Below, piece by piece: positions 10,394 to 19,573 of a DNA stretch of 20,000 bases. Every line of letters begins with the position of its first letter. The stretch's first letter is position 1. The translations under genes were made by a program, and so were the position numbers. The notes beneath the pieces were generated by a model, which was given only the letters and a program-made list of their open reading frames with translations, made no database searches and had not been told where the DNA came from. The DNA is from Thraustochytrium aureum (Eukaryota), in contig BLSG01000162.1 of the NCBI GenBank assembly GCA_012862495.1, positions 163,877 to 183,876 on the forward strand. The letters run 5' to 3'.

Positions 10394-10570
10394 GTGAGTT
10401 TGTTTGTTTGTTTGCTTGTTTGGTGGATGACGGCGTGCATGCGATAGGTGCGCGCGCGCGGGGCTTGCTGGCGGCGCCCGAAGTGGCGCTGCGAGCGAAC
10501 GAGGAAGCAACCGCGCGCTTGGAGCAAGGTGGACGCACTGCTGACGCTGAGCGACGCGGAGCGACAACAG
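10394..10570 (+). other. Candidate 5'-UTR intron of the MDAR gene
   Basis: GTGAGT donor at 10394 followed by a (TTTG)n tract, GCTGAC branch-like site at ~10540 and CAG acceptor at 10570, 16 nt before ATG 10587. Confidence 0.4.
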
Positions 10571-10586
10571 AGAACCCCGGTCTGCA

Positions 10587-11945
10587 ATGTCGGGCATTCC
10601 GACGCGGCTCAGGTCGCTGCTCAGACACGTATCGTCGCCCAGGGCAAGCAAAGGAGCCAAGAAGATGNNNNNNNNNNNNNNNNNNNNNNNNNNNNNNNNN
10701 NNNNNNNNNNNNNNNNNNNNNNNNNNNNNNNNNNNNNNNNNNNNNNNNNNNNNNNNNNNNNNNNNNNNNNNNNNNNNNNNNNNNNNNNNNNNNNNNNNNN
10801 NNNNNNNNNNNNNNNNNNNNNNCGAGTGGTACACCGAGCACGGGTTTGACCTGCTGCTGTCCACCAAGGCCACAGGGATCGACCTTGCCAGCAAGACCCT
10901 CAAGGTCGCTGGCGCCGACGGCGAGCGCACGATCTCGTTCGGCAAGCTGGTCATGGCGACGGGCGCCAGCGCGCTGAGCCCCGGCGACATCAAGATGAAC
11001 AACGCGGGGCTGGGCAACGTGTTCACCATCCGCGAAGAGCACGACGCCCTCGAGATGGTCAACGCCCTCGAGAGCATGCAGGGCGGCGACGACGAGCGCA
11101 ACATCGTGATCGTCGGCGGCGGCTACATTGGCATGGAGGCCGCGGCAGCGCTCTCTGGATGGGGCTTCACCGTGACGATGGTCTACCCCGAGGATTCGCT
11201 CATGAAGCGGCTGTTTCCCGCCGCCATCGCCGAGGTGTTTGAGGCTGTGTTCAGGGCGCGCGGGATCAAGACGGTCAGCAACGCGCGTGTGACCGGGATG
11301 GTTCCCAGCGACGCAGACAAGACCAAGGTGGGCGGAGTGGCCCTTGGGTCGGGGGAGACGCTCCCGGCGGACGCTGTGGTGTTCGGCGTTGGGGCTCGCC
11401 CCAATGTGCAGCTCGCAGAGGGCACAGACCTTGCAAAAGGCGAGGGCCGCGTCGGCGGCCTGGCCGTGAACGGGGACTTTCAGACCTCGAACCAGGACGT
11501 GTACGCAATCGGCGACATCGCGGCGCTCGACGGCAAGCAGCGGTTTGAGCACGTCGACTTTTGCCGCAAGTCTGCGGCCCGCGCGGCCACCGCGTTGGCG
11601 TCGGGCAAGTCGCAGGGCAGCTTTGACTACCTGCCCTACTTTTACTCGCGCCTGTTCGAGTACACGAGCGCTCCGCTCGTGTTCCAGTTTTACGGAGACA
11701 GCGACCTGTCCGAGGGCCAAGAGGTTGAGACCTTCGGCCCACTGGAGGCGGCAGCCCGGGCCGGCGCGTCCGAGTCTGTCCCCGCCTTTGGGGCCGCGTG
11801 GCTAGGAAGCGGCCGCAAGATCCGCGGCGCGATGCTGTGCAACGCGACGCCAGAGCAATACCAACGCCTGAAGGAGTCTGTTGAGTCGGGGGCCGAGCTT
11901 TCGGAGGCGTTCGTGGCCGACTTGCTGAGCGAAAGTGACGAGTAA
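10587..11945 (+). CDS. MDAR: Monodehydroascorbate reductase (NADH), FAD-dependent pyridine nucleotide-disulfide oxidoreductase; part of the N-terminal domain is in a gap
   Basis: EWYTEHGFDLLL, LVMATGA, NAD-binding IVGGGYIGME, VYAIGDIA, RFEHVDFCRKSA (cf. plant RVEHVDHARKSA) and FDYLPYFYSRLF, which is characteristic of MDAR. The first FAD-binding motif would lie in N-gap 10668-10822. Confidence 0.88.
   Translation: MSGIPTRLRSLLRHVSSPRASKGAKKMXXXXXXXXXXXXXXXXXXXXXXXXXXXXXXXXXXXXXXXXXXXXXXXXXXXXEWYTEHGFDLLLSTKATGIDLASKTLKVAGADGERTISFGKLVMATGASALSPGDIKMNNAGLGNVFTIREEHDALEMVNALESMQGGDDERNIVIVGGGYIGMEAAAALSGWGFTVTMVYPEDSLMKRLFPAAIAEVFEAVFRARGIKTVSNARVTGMVPSDADKTKVGGVALGSGETLPADAVVFGVGARPNVQLAEGTDLAKGEGRVGGLAVNGDFQTSNQDVYAIGDIAALDGKQRFEHVDFCRKSAARAATALASGKSQGSFDYLPYFYSRLFEYTSAPLVFQFYGDSDLSEGQEVETFGPLEAAARAGASESVPAFGAAWLGSGRKIRGAMLCNATPEQYQRLKESVESGAELSEAFVADLLSESDE
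10668..10822. other. Assembly gap (N run) inside MDAR
   Basis: 155 N. Confidence 0.99.
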
Positions 11946-12068
11946 GTAGACGGCCCAGCGCTGCTCCGCGGCCCTCTGAGCTCTAGAGTAGAGCGCGCGC
12001 GGGGGCGGGAACGAAATAAAGGTTGGACTTTCACTTGGCTTCTCGCACGGCCACACACATTACGCTAC

Positions 12069-13380
12069 CTACATCATCCCAGCTTCTACCGCTGCGTCGG
12101 TGTCAATCTGGCCGGCGTCCTCTTCCTCCTCGTCCTCGGGATCGTCCAGACCCGGGTCGCGGGGCTCGAGGTCCTCGCCGTACTGCGTTGCCGTGTCCAC
12201 CTGGTGCAGCACAAACTCGACGCTGTCCTCGCTCGTTATGTCAAGTGGCAAAAAGTGCACCAGGTTGTAGTTCTCCAGCACTGTGCAAATCGACTCTGAG
12301 AGCGCCTTGAAGCGCGCCGAGCCCGCCTGCTCGTGGATTCCGGCCCTCAGCGAGATCTCGTCCGGGTTGAAGAACTCGGGGTCCTGGATGCTGAGATACT
12401 GCGTCTCGTCGTCTTGGTCACCGAGGTCGGCAGCCGCCGCCTCAGCAGCCGCTCCCTCGCCGTCCTCAAGGTCATCGTCGCCATCCGCGCCCGCCAGAGC
12501 GAGCTCCTCGGCCTTTTGGAGGGCGTCCAGGCGACCGCTCACGCTGTGCTCCGCCAAAAAGGCCGAGTAGGCCTGGATGCGCTCGGCGTCGTGCGGGGCC
12601 TTGCGGCGGCGCCCGCCGAGCGCCGTGTTCTTTTTGATGTCGCACTTTGTGATCACGTTGACGGCTGCGGCCTGCAGCTGCATCATCGACGTCAGCGAGA
12701 GGAGCGCGCCGGAGATGTACTTTGCAGTGTCGTCGATGAACAGCGCATCGATGACGTGCACCACGCACACGTTGATATTCCAGGACTTGAGGCGGTCGAT
12801 CACGGTCCGCAGCACGGGTATGTGCGTGTAGAGCTCGATCTGACCGGGACAGTCAAATATAAAGTACTCGTCGTCGCCTCCGCCTATTTCGTCGAGGCCC
12901 TCCTGGAGCCACTCGAGGTTGTCCACGAGGTGCTCCATGCAAAACACGAGCGCCCCGTTCGGTCCAAACTCGAGCTCTTCCACGACGTCGGCGACGCTGA
13001 CGAGGTCGCGCACGTCCAGGTCAAAGGGGAACTGCTTTTCCATCTCCTCGGAGCGCTCCTGGCCAGGGTCGAGGTTGACCACCTTGGGCTGCAGCCTGTT
13101 CTTGTTGGCCAGCATGTGGTTTTGCATGGTGAAGCAGTACGTCGACTTGCCGGACCCTGCCGGGCCCACCACAAACTGCGCATATCGCCCCTAGGTCGGT
13201 TACCCGCCGCCGCGGCCGCTCCGTCAGCCCGTCGCCCTTCGCGAGCGCCATTTCCAGCAAGATCGCCATTGTGCCGAGGCCAAGTCCGCGCCGCTCCGGC
13301 GAGCCCCGTTGACGCCAAGCCAGCGCACGGCCGCCTCAAGCCCAACCGCCATCGCCATCGCCGCTGCTGTGACTTACCAT
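12069..13380 (-). CDS. GPN3: GPN-loop GTPase 3; exons 13380-13378 (ATG) and 13190-12069
   Basis: Spliced N-terminus M-GRYAQFVVGPAGSGKSTYC (P-loop), VNLDPG, FGPNGALVFCME (GPN motif), FDCPGQIELYTH, TKCD (G4) and C-terminal QYGEDLEP, typical of GPN3. Confidence 0.93.
13191..13377 (-). other. Spliceosomal intron (187 bp) directly after the GPN3 start codon
   Basis: On the minus strand: ATG|GTAAGT...GCTGAC...CCTAG|GGG CGA TAT GCG CAG. Splicing restores the conserved MxRYAQxVxGPAGSGKS N-terminus. Confidence 0.85.
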
Positions 13381-13476
13381 GTTTCGCGCCTCGTTGCTCT
13401 GCAGGAAGGTGTCTGCGCGCGAACGTGGAGGTGCCCGAAGTGGTTGGACGCACATTTTTCCACTTGAAGTCGCGTG

Positions 13477-13891
13477 NNNNNNNNNNNNNNNNNNNNNNNN
13501 NNNNNNNNNNNNNNNNNNNNNNNNNNNNNNNNNNNNNNNNNNNNNNNNNNNNNNNNNNNNNNNNNNNNNNNNNNNNNNNNNNNNNNNNNNNNNNNNNNNN
13601 NNNNNNNNNNNNNNNNNNNNNNNNNNNNNNNNNNNNNNNNNNNNNNNNNNNNNNNNNNNNNNNNNNNNNNNNNNNNNNNNNNNNNNNNNNNNNNNNNNNN
13701 NNNNNNNNNNNNNNNNNNNNNNNNNNNNNNNNNNNNNNNNNNNNNNNNNNNNNNNNNNNNNNNNNNNNNNNNNNNNNNNNNNNNNNNNNNNNNNNNNNNN
13801 NNNNNNNNNNNNNNNNNNNNNNNNNNNNNNNNNNNNNNNNNNNNNNNNNNNNNNNNNNNNNNNNNNNNNNNNNNNNNNNNNNNNNNNNNNN
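13477..13891. other. Assembly gap (N run) covering the ataxin-3 3' end
   Basis: 415 N. Confidence 0.99.
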
Positions 13892-14674
13892 GCAAGGCGG
13901 CCTGAAGCTGTGCGTCCTCGTCCGGATCCTGCGTGTGGAGGCTGACGCGCTGCGGGTCGGGCTCGACGTTGACGTCGTCCACGCCGAGCACGTACCAGTC
14001 CTGGCGTCGGCCGATGTTGAAGTCCTGCAGGGGCACCGGGAGGTCGCCGCGCACGACAAAGATCGAGTAGCCCTCCTCGCGCAGCTGGCCCAGGTATGCC
14101 GACAGGTAAAACAGCGAAATCCGCTCGGGTCGCTTCTTCAGCGAGTTGAGATTGTAGACCTCGCCGCGGATACTGCGGATAGCAAACCAGTGGTTGGCCA
14201 GGTTGCACACAAAGGCCACGTCAGAGCCCTCGAGGGAGGCGTCCTCACGGCTCAGCTCGTCCAGGATCTCGGTCAATACGCGCGTGTCCTGAACGAGGCT
14301 TAGAGAATGGCTCCGCTTGAGCGCCGTGGCGAGGACCTGGATGGAGAAATTGCCGGCGTCGTCCACGTTGTTGGATCCGTGGCCGGTCGATTCTGCGCCA
14401 GCGCCACGGTCAGCTCCCGCGCACCGCGCCGCACGCGAGCGCTCGGCCGGCAGGAAGCCTACTTACCGTCTCCGCAGAGCTCCTTCTCCGCCTTGTCCAG
14501 TTCGTGCGCGATCGTGGCAAGGTCATCTGGCTGAAAGTATGGCGCCTGCAGCAGGTTGTTCAGGCAGTGCTGCCCGCACATGCTGCCGTACTGCTTTTCA
14601 TGGTAGATGCAGCCCGTCGCTCGCCGCTCGAGGTCGTCCGCGTCGACGGCGTTCGCCGGGGCAAACGCAGCCAT
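13892..14674 (-). CDS. ATXN3: Ataxin-3 / Josephin-domain deubiquitinase; exons 14674-14467 and 14392-13892, with the 3' end in a gap
   Basis: IYHEKQYGSMCGQHCLNNLLQAPYF (catalytic Cys), NVDDAGNFSIQVL, CNLANHWFAIR (His), YNLNSL (Asn), YLGQLREEGYSIFVVRGDLP, followed by the start of a UIM (DEDAQLQAAL) that runs into gap 13477-13891. Confidence 0.93.
14393..14466 (-). other. Spliceosomal intron (74 bp) in the ataxin-3 gene
   Basis: Minus strand G|GTAAGT...GCTGAC...GCGCAG|AA. Removal joins ELCGD-E-STGHGSNNVDDAGNF in frame. Confidence 0.88.
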
Positions 14675-15378
14675 CCTCGCTGCAGCCCGCCCACCGCCGC
14701 CTGGAAAGGACCGGCGTGGGCGCCCACGAGCCCTGGCGCAACTGCTGGAGCTTTCCTTTGCCCTTGTGCGCCCAGCTGCCCCTCGTGCGGTCAAACCGGG
14801 CGTGGCGGGCCTCTGGAGGCTGGCTTCGTTTCGACTTTGTGCGAGCTGCACATCAGGAACATGTTCGAAGCTGGCATTCGCGGTGTTCGTTTCCAGGGTC
14901 GCCCGCGTTGACGGCCAGGCGCCCGCGCGCGTCCGCGTGCGCCTGGCCGCGACCGCTGGCTCGTGGAGGTCTCTGTTGGGGCACTCTCGAATGGACGGAC
15001 GGACGAGCGCAAGCGAGCAAGGCAGGTACCGAGTATGTAAGTAGGTGCCAGTCCTGGCATCGGCGCCAACGCCGACCGAACGCCGTGGACGCCACCATGC
15101 CCGCGCCATCAAGCCACGCGGCCGACGCGGCAAAGAGCGCCTGCATGCGCAAGTCGTGCGCGACGAGATGAGGCAGGCATCCCGATGAGTAGAGGAGTAC
15201 CACTCCTGCGTCTTGGGACAGCACTGCCTGTTGTTGGACTTCGACAGAAGAAGAAGAGCGCGCCAATGCAAGCCAAAGCAAACAGGGCGCGAAACCCGAG
15301 CACGAGCACTTGCTCTACTGGCCGCTCCGACGCCCGGCCAGCCGCAGCCCTGCCCTCAGGGATGATGGTCGCACGCAG

Positions 15379-15432
15379 ATGCAGCATCGCCCCAACACCA
15401 TGCACCATGCAACATCGGCCCAACACCATGCA
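15379..15432. repeat. Imperfect tandem duplication, about 2 x 28 bp
   Basis: ATGCAGCATCGCCCCAACACCATGCACC followed by ATGCAACATCGGCCCAACACCATGCA. Confidence 0.8.
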
Positions 15433-15525
15433 TGAGGAAGACTTCCTTGCTCCTCGCCATGCCTGAGGAAGACTTCCTTGCTCCTCGCCATGCCTGAGGA
15501 AGACTTCCTTGCTCCTCGCCATGCC
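15433..15525. repeat. Perfect tandem repeat, 3 x 31 bp (TGAGGAAGACTTCCTTGCTCCTCGCCATGCC)
   Basis: Three identical head-to-tail units at 15433, 15464 and 15495, with no spacers. Confidence 0.95.
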
Positions 15526-16406
15526 CCTGGGCCACTTTTTGCTGACGGGTGACCTTTTTCGACGCGCTCTGGATCAAGAAGCCGTCGTCGACTCTCCTCG
15601 CCGCGTTTGACTCGGCCTGCCCGGCCCGGCCCGCTCGACAGTCTCACCACTCATCGTCGGATCGAGGCCAGGACCGTATGGGTGGGTGGGGCCGAGCCCA
15701 AGTCCACCCGGCCTCCAACGTGCCACAGATGGATGAACCGCAGACGTTCACGATCATCAGCCCTCCACCCACCAGGCATGAAGGACACCGTTGGCAACCG
15801 AGCGAGCCAGTTGCTCGCCACATCCTTGCTAACAGCAAGAGCCTGCGCTCGACCCGTCCGGTTTGCCGCCGTGCCGGCGATCCGGCGGCCGTGGACGCAC
15901 GCCAAGCGCTGGTTGTCCGCACATCGCTCGGGATGCGAAGCGCCGATCGATCGGTGGAGTGTGCTCAGAGCCTCAGAGTCTCATCGAATCCTGCCTGCGT
16001 CGTCCACCGCGGATCGATTGATTGACTTGACTCATGACAGTGGTTCAAGTTGATTGATTGATTCCTTCGCACTTCCGAGGCGCCGCGGAGCGCAGGCGGC
16101 TGGTGCGGGCGCTGTTCCGAGCCTCCACGCGCTCGTTCACCACTGACGACGCTGTGCTCCTTGCCCGGATCGCCTTCCAGGCGCAACGGTCGGCTCGCCC
16201 TCTGCAAGGACGGCCAACCGTCGACTCTTGCGCCATCGATCGATTCGTGAGCGACCACGTTGGATCGTCCTCAAGTTGCCAAGGCCTTGGCCTGCCTGCA
16301 GTGCGGTCGCGCAACGGCCTGGCGAGAGCCATGCACCATCGCTCGTCATCGTTGCACAGCCACCCTGGTGCGGCCGCTCGCTTTCGAGATGCGAGCACCG
16401 TTTGAC

Positions 16407-16718
16407 NNNNNNNNNNNNNNNNNNNNNNNNNNNNNNNNNNNNNNNNNNNNNNNNNNNNNNNNNNNNNNNNNNNNNNNNNNNNNNNNNNNNNNNNNNNNNN
16501 NNNNNNNNNNNNNNNNNNNNNNNNNNNNNNNNNNNNNNNNNNNNNNNNNNNNNNNNNNNNNNNNNNNNNNNNNNNNNNNNNNNNNNNNNNNNNNNNNNNN
16601 NNNNNNNNNNNNNNNNNNNNNNNNNNNNNNNNNNNNNNNNNNNNNNNNNNNNNNNNNNNNNNNNNNNNNNNNNNNNNNNNNNNNNNNNNNNNNNNNNNNN
16701 NNNNNNNNNNNNNNNNNN
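16407..16718. other. Assembly gap (N run)
   Basis: 312 N. Confidence 0.99.
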
Positions 16719-17520
16719 TGAGCAACGGCTGGCCAACGCAACTGGATTCAACGGGCACCGGGCTTGCGTTGCCTCGTCGCTTGAGGGCCACGAGCGTGAC
16801 GACAGGCAAGCCCGTGGACGAGCAAGAGGAGCTTGCGCCTTGCGATGCGGTCGATCGGCGGTTGAGCTGGGTGAGCAAGCACCGCCAACTCGTCGACAAG
16901 GACAGGGCGAGTGCACGCTCACTTGCCCTTGCTGCTCCGCGGCCGGGCCTTGTCGTTCCGATGGCACATGTCTGCCTCCTCACGTAGGCCAGCGCTTGCC
17001 GCACCGGCCTCGTCACTCGGCATTCATCGAGGCCGACGAGTTCCAACTGTCGTACAGCGGGACGCGACCAACACAACGGTGGCCGGCGCAACGTTGGCCA
17101 CGGGAAGCATCGGTGCGATCGCCGCGAGGCAGGCACAATCGGTCGCCTGCTCGGACTATCCTGTGGTTTGCACGAGGACCAAGCTATTCTGGCGCGGTAG
17201 ACCACCGACGAGGTGGGACTCGGCGCCTTGGATGGTTTCGTGGGCCATTTTTCGCCACGACGGCAATCCTCTGCGCCGCCCAGTCAGATCCTTCGGGTGA
17301 ATGAGAGTGGCAGTTGATCCTGGCCAGCGAGCAAGGCCAGCGGCAGCCAGCCAGCTCGCGGAGATTGATGAACGGAGTCGAATGCGAGTGCCGCGGCTTG
17401 CTTCCTCCTTCCCTCCCTCCCTCCTTCCTTGCGTAGTGGAGCTTGTTTCCTCCTTTCGACACGAGGGCGACCTGGATCACGACCATCACAGGAGTCTGAC
17501 CCAAGCAAGAAGATCCGACA

Positions 17521-17580
17521 GGACAGACAGACAGACCGCAGGCTTCTTTGCCATGGATAGGTGGATGGATGGATGGATGA
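17521..17580. repeat. (GACA)n and (GGAT)n microsatellites
   Basis: ggacagacagacagac and ggataggtggatggatggatggatga. Confidence 0.75.
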
Positions 17581-18007
17581 AGGGGTGCCAGGACAAGGGC
17601 AAGGAGGAAAGAGCCTCCATGCAGTTGAGACGCTGCGTGGTATTTGCGTTCGCTGCTGCTGCGTTGGCTCTGTTGTGAGAGCGACTCTGACCGTCTTCGC
17701 TGCCCGAGCATCGAGCGTCCCAAATCCAGCTCGGGCAGACACCGATGCCAATTCTTTCTCTTCAGTGAGTGGGCAGCGCGAGCAGGCACGCGCACGGCTG
17801 AACGGCGCGCTCGTGCGTGCGTACGTTCATTCGTGCGTCCGTGCGGGCTTGCGGCGGCGCAAGCGAGGTCAGTGCCAAAACTTGATTTCGCAAGAGGCGC
17901 CATGCAGGCGTCGGGAGCGATGAGCTCACTGCTCGCCGCGCATCAGCACCTCCAGGCGCAGCAGCGAAACAGAGCTGCGGCAGCAGCAGCGCGCTTGAAC
18001 TGGGCGC

Positions 18008-19210
18008 ATGCTGCAGAAACTGAACGCGTCGATCGGGTCACTGCAGAATGGAAACTACAAGCCGCGCGCGAACTCGGCTTTGGGCGGCGCAGCACCCGGC
18101 TCAGGAAACCTGAGCAAACCCATAAAGCCGCCGTCACTCACCTCGATCAACACCTTCGTGGGCGGGCACAGCTTGTCCGAGTACGGCAGCAGCGAGTCCG
18201 ACTCGAGCCCGGGCAACCCAACCCCACTATCCAGGCAGAGCACCCCGTTCGGGCTCCCCACGGGACGCAGTCCCCACGAGCATGGAAGCCCCCAGCTTTT
18301 CAGCCTCGAGCAGCTGGCCAACTCGTTCGCGGCGACAAACAGCGACCTAGCGCGGACTTTCTTGCAGGCGCAGCACGACGCGAGCTCCAGCCTCCTCGCG
18401 GGCGCTGCCGTCGACTCGGGCTTTGTCCGCAATCAGCGGAGACGATACGAACGCTCCGGAAGCACAGCCTCTATCAGCACAGCTGCCACGGGCTCGGACG
18501 ACGAGTCGNNNNNNNNNNNNNNNNNNNNNNNNNNNNNNNNNNNNNNNNNNNNNNNNNNNNNNNNNNNNNNNNNNNNNNNNNNNNNNNNNNNNNNNNNNNN
18601 NNNNNNNNNNNNNNNNNNNNNNNNNNNNNNNNNNNNNNNNNNNNNNNNNNNNNNNNNNNNNNNNNNNNNNNNNNNNNNNNNNNNNNNNNNNNNNNNNNNN
18701 NNNNNNNNNNNNNNNNNNNNNNNNNNNNNNNNNNNNNNNNNNNNNNNNNNNNNNNNNNNNNNNNNNNNNNNNNNNNNNNNNNNNNNNNNNNNNNNNNNNN
18801 NNNNNNNNNNNNNNNNNNNNNNNNNNNNNNNNNNNNNNNNNNNNNNNNNNNNNNNNNNNNNNNNNNNNNNNNNNNNNNNNNNNNNNNNNNNNNNNNNNNN
18901 NNNNNNNNNNNNNNNNNNNNNNNNCAACTGCTTGCACAAGAAAAAGCGCAAGCGAAGTTGCGAGAACCGCCTTCCGTGCCTCGAGCAGCTCGTGCACTTT
19001 GCCCAGTCTGTGTTTGACCCGCGGAGCCAGGCAGTCCTCATCAACGGGCTCAATGCGATGCCCGTGGGGCAGCCTTTGCCGCGGGAGGTGGCGGCTGCGC
19101 CTATCGAGATTATCGAAAAGCGCCAGCGCCAGCTGAAAAACCAGCGCAAAGCCCTCATGACAGAGGACAAGGCCCTCGAGCTGCTCAAGCGCGCCTTCGT
19201 CTCGCCATGA
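18008..19210 (+). CDS. Uncharacterised Ser/Pro-rich protein, possibly a nuclear regulator with a CXXC-like zinc-finger end and C-terminal coiled coil; middle lies in a gap
   Basis: Coding-like ORF on both sides of gap 18509-18924. After the gap come [18 protein letters not shown] (basic and Cys-rich) and [26 protein letters not shown]. It may start upstream (ATG 17902 or earlier) in another frame. Confidence 0.65.
   Translation: MLQKLNASIGSLQNGNYKPRANSALGGAAPGSGNLSKPIKPPSLTSINTFVGGHSLSEYGSSESDSSPGNPTPLSRQSTPFGLPTGRSPHEHGSPQLFSLEQLANSFAATNSDLARTFLQAQHDASSSLLAGAAVDSGFVRNQRRRYERSGSTASISTAATGSDDESXXXXXXXXXXXXXXXXXXXXXXXXXXXXXXXXXXXXXXXXXXXXXXXXXXXXXXXXXXXXXXXXXXXXXXXXXXXXXXXXXXXXXXXXXXXXXXXXXXXXXXXXXXXXXXXXXXXXXXXXXXXXXXXXXXXXXXXXXXXNCLHKKKRKRSCENRLPCLEQLVHFAQSVFDPRSQAVLINGLNAMPVGQPLPREVAAAPIEIIEKRQRQLKNQRKALMTEDKALELLKRAFVSP
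18509..18924. other. Assembly gap (N run) inside the 18008..19210 CDS
   Basis: 416 N. Confidence 0.99.
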
Positions 19211-19573
19211 CTGGCCCGGCACCGTGTCTGCAGCCTCTTTTCTCTCCGTTTTCATTGCTCGTCTCGCCAAGACTACTCTACTCCCTGAGGCTATCTCCAG
19301 ACGCCACGCGAGCCGCTGCCACTTTCCTGGGAGCTTGTCGAGGTCGGGAAATGGTGCTTGTACGCTATCTAATTTACCTTACTCTGTGCCACCAGTGAGT
19401 GCAATCAGCAAGCGGCCTGTGCGTTCACCCTGAGCCTGCGTCCAGCCCGCACGCGCCCGGGTCGCGCCAGCTGCGACCATAATTCTAATTTGTTTTTGTT
19501 TTTGTGCTTCACAATTGTCGTTCGCTGCGCAGCGCATTCGGCGGGCAGCGAGACCTAGGTCAGGCGAGAAAGG

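Noticed and set aside
10668..10822. MDAR N-terminal domain seems about 25 aa too short across the gap
   Set aside because: Gap lengths are estimates, so no deletion can be inferred from Ns.
9921..11720. Long antisense or overlapping ORFs (e.g. 9921..11720 -, 12333..14303 +, 2653..3840 -, 711..1490 -)
   Set aside because: These are shadows of real genes on the opposite strand in GC-rich DNA, several artificially extended through N runs, and carry no recognisable motifs.
3080..14674. Two deubiquitinases (USP7, ataxin-3) near each other as a functional cluster
   Set aside because: They belong to unrelated families, lie on opposite strands and are separated by unrelated genes, which is expected by chance in a compact genome.
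15433..15525. 31-bp palindromic repeats resembling a CRISPR array
   Set aside because: Units are directly adjacent with no spacers, there are no cas genes, and the context is eukaryotic.
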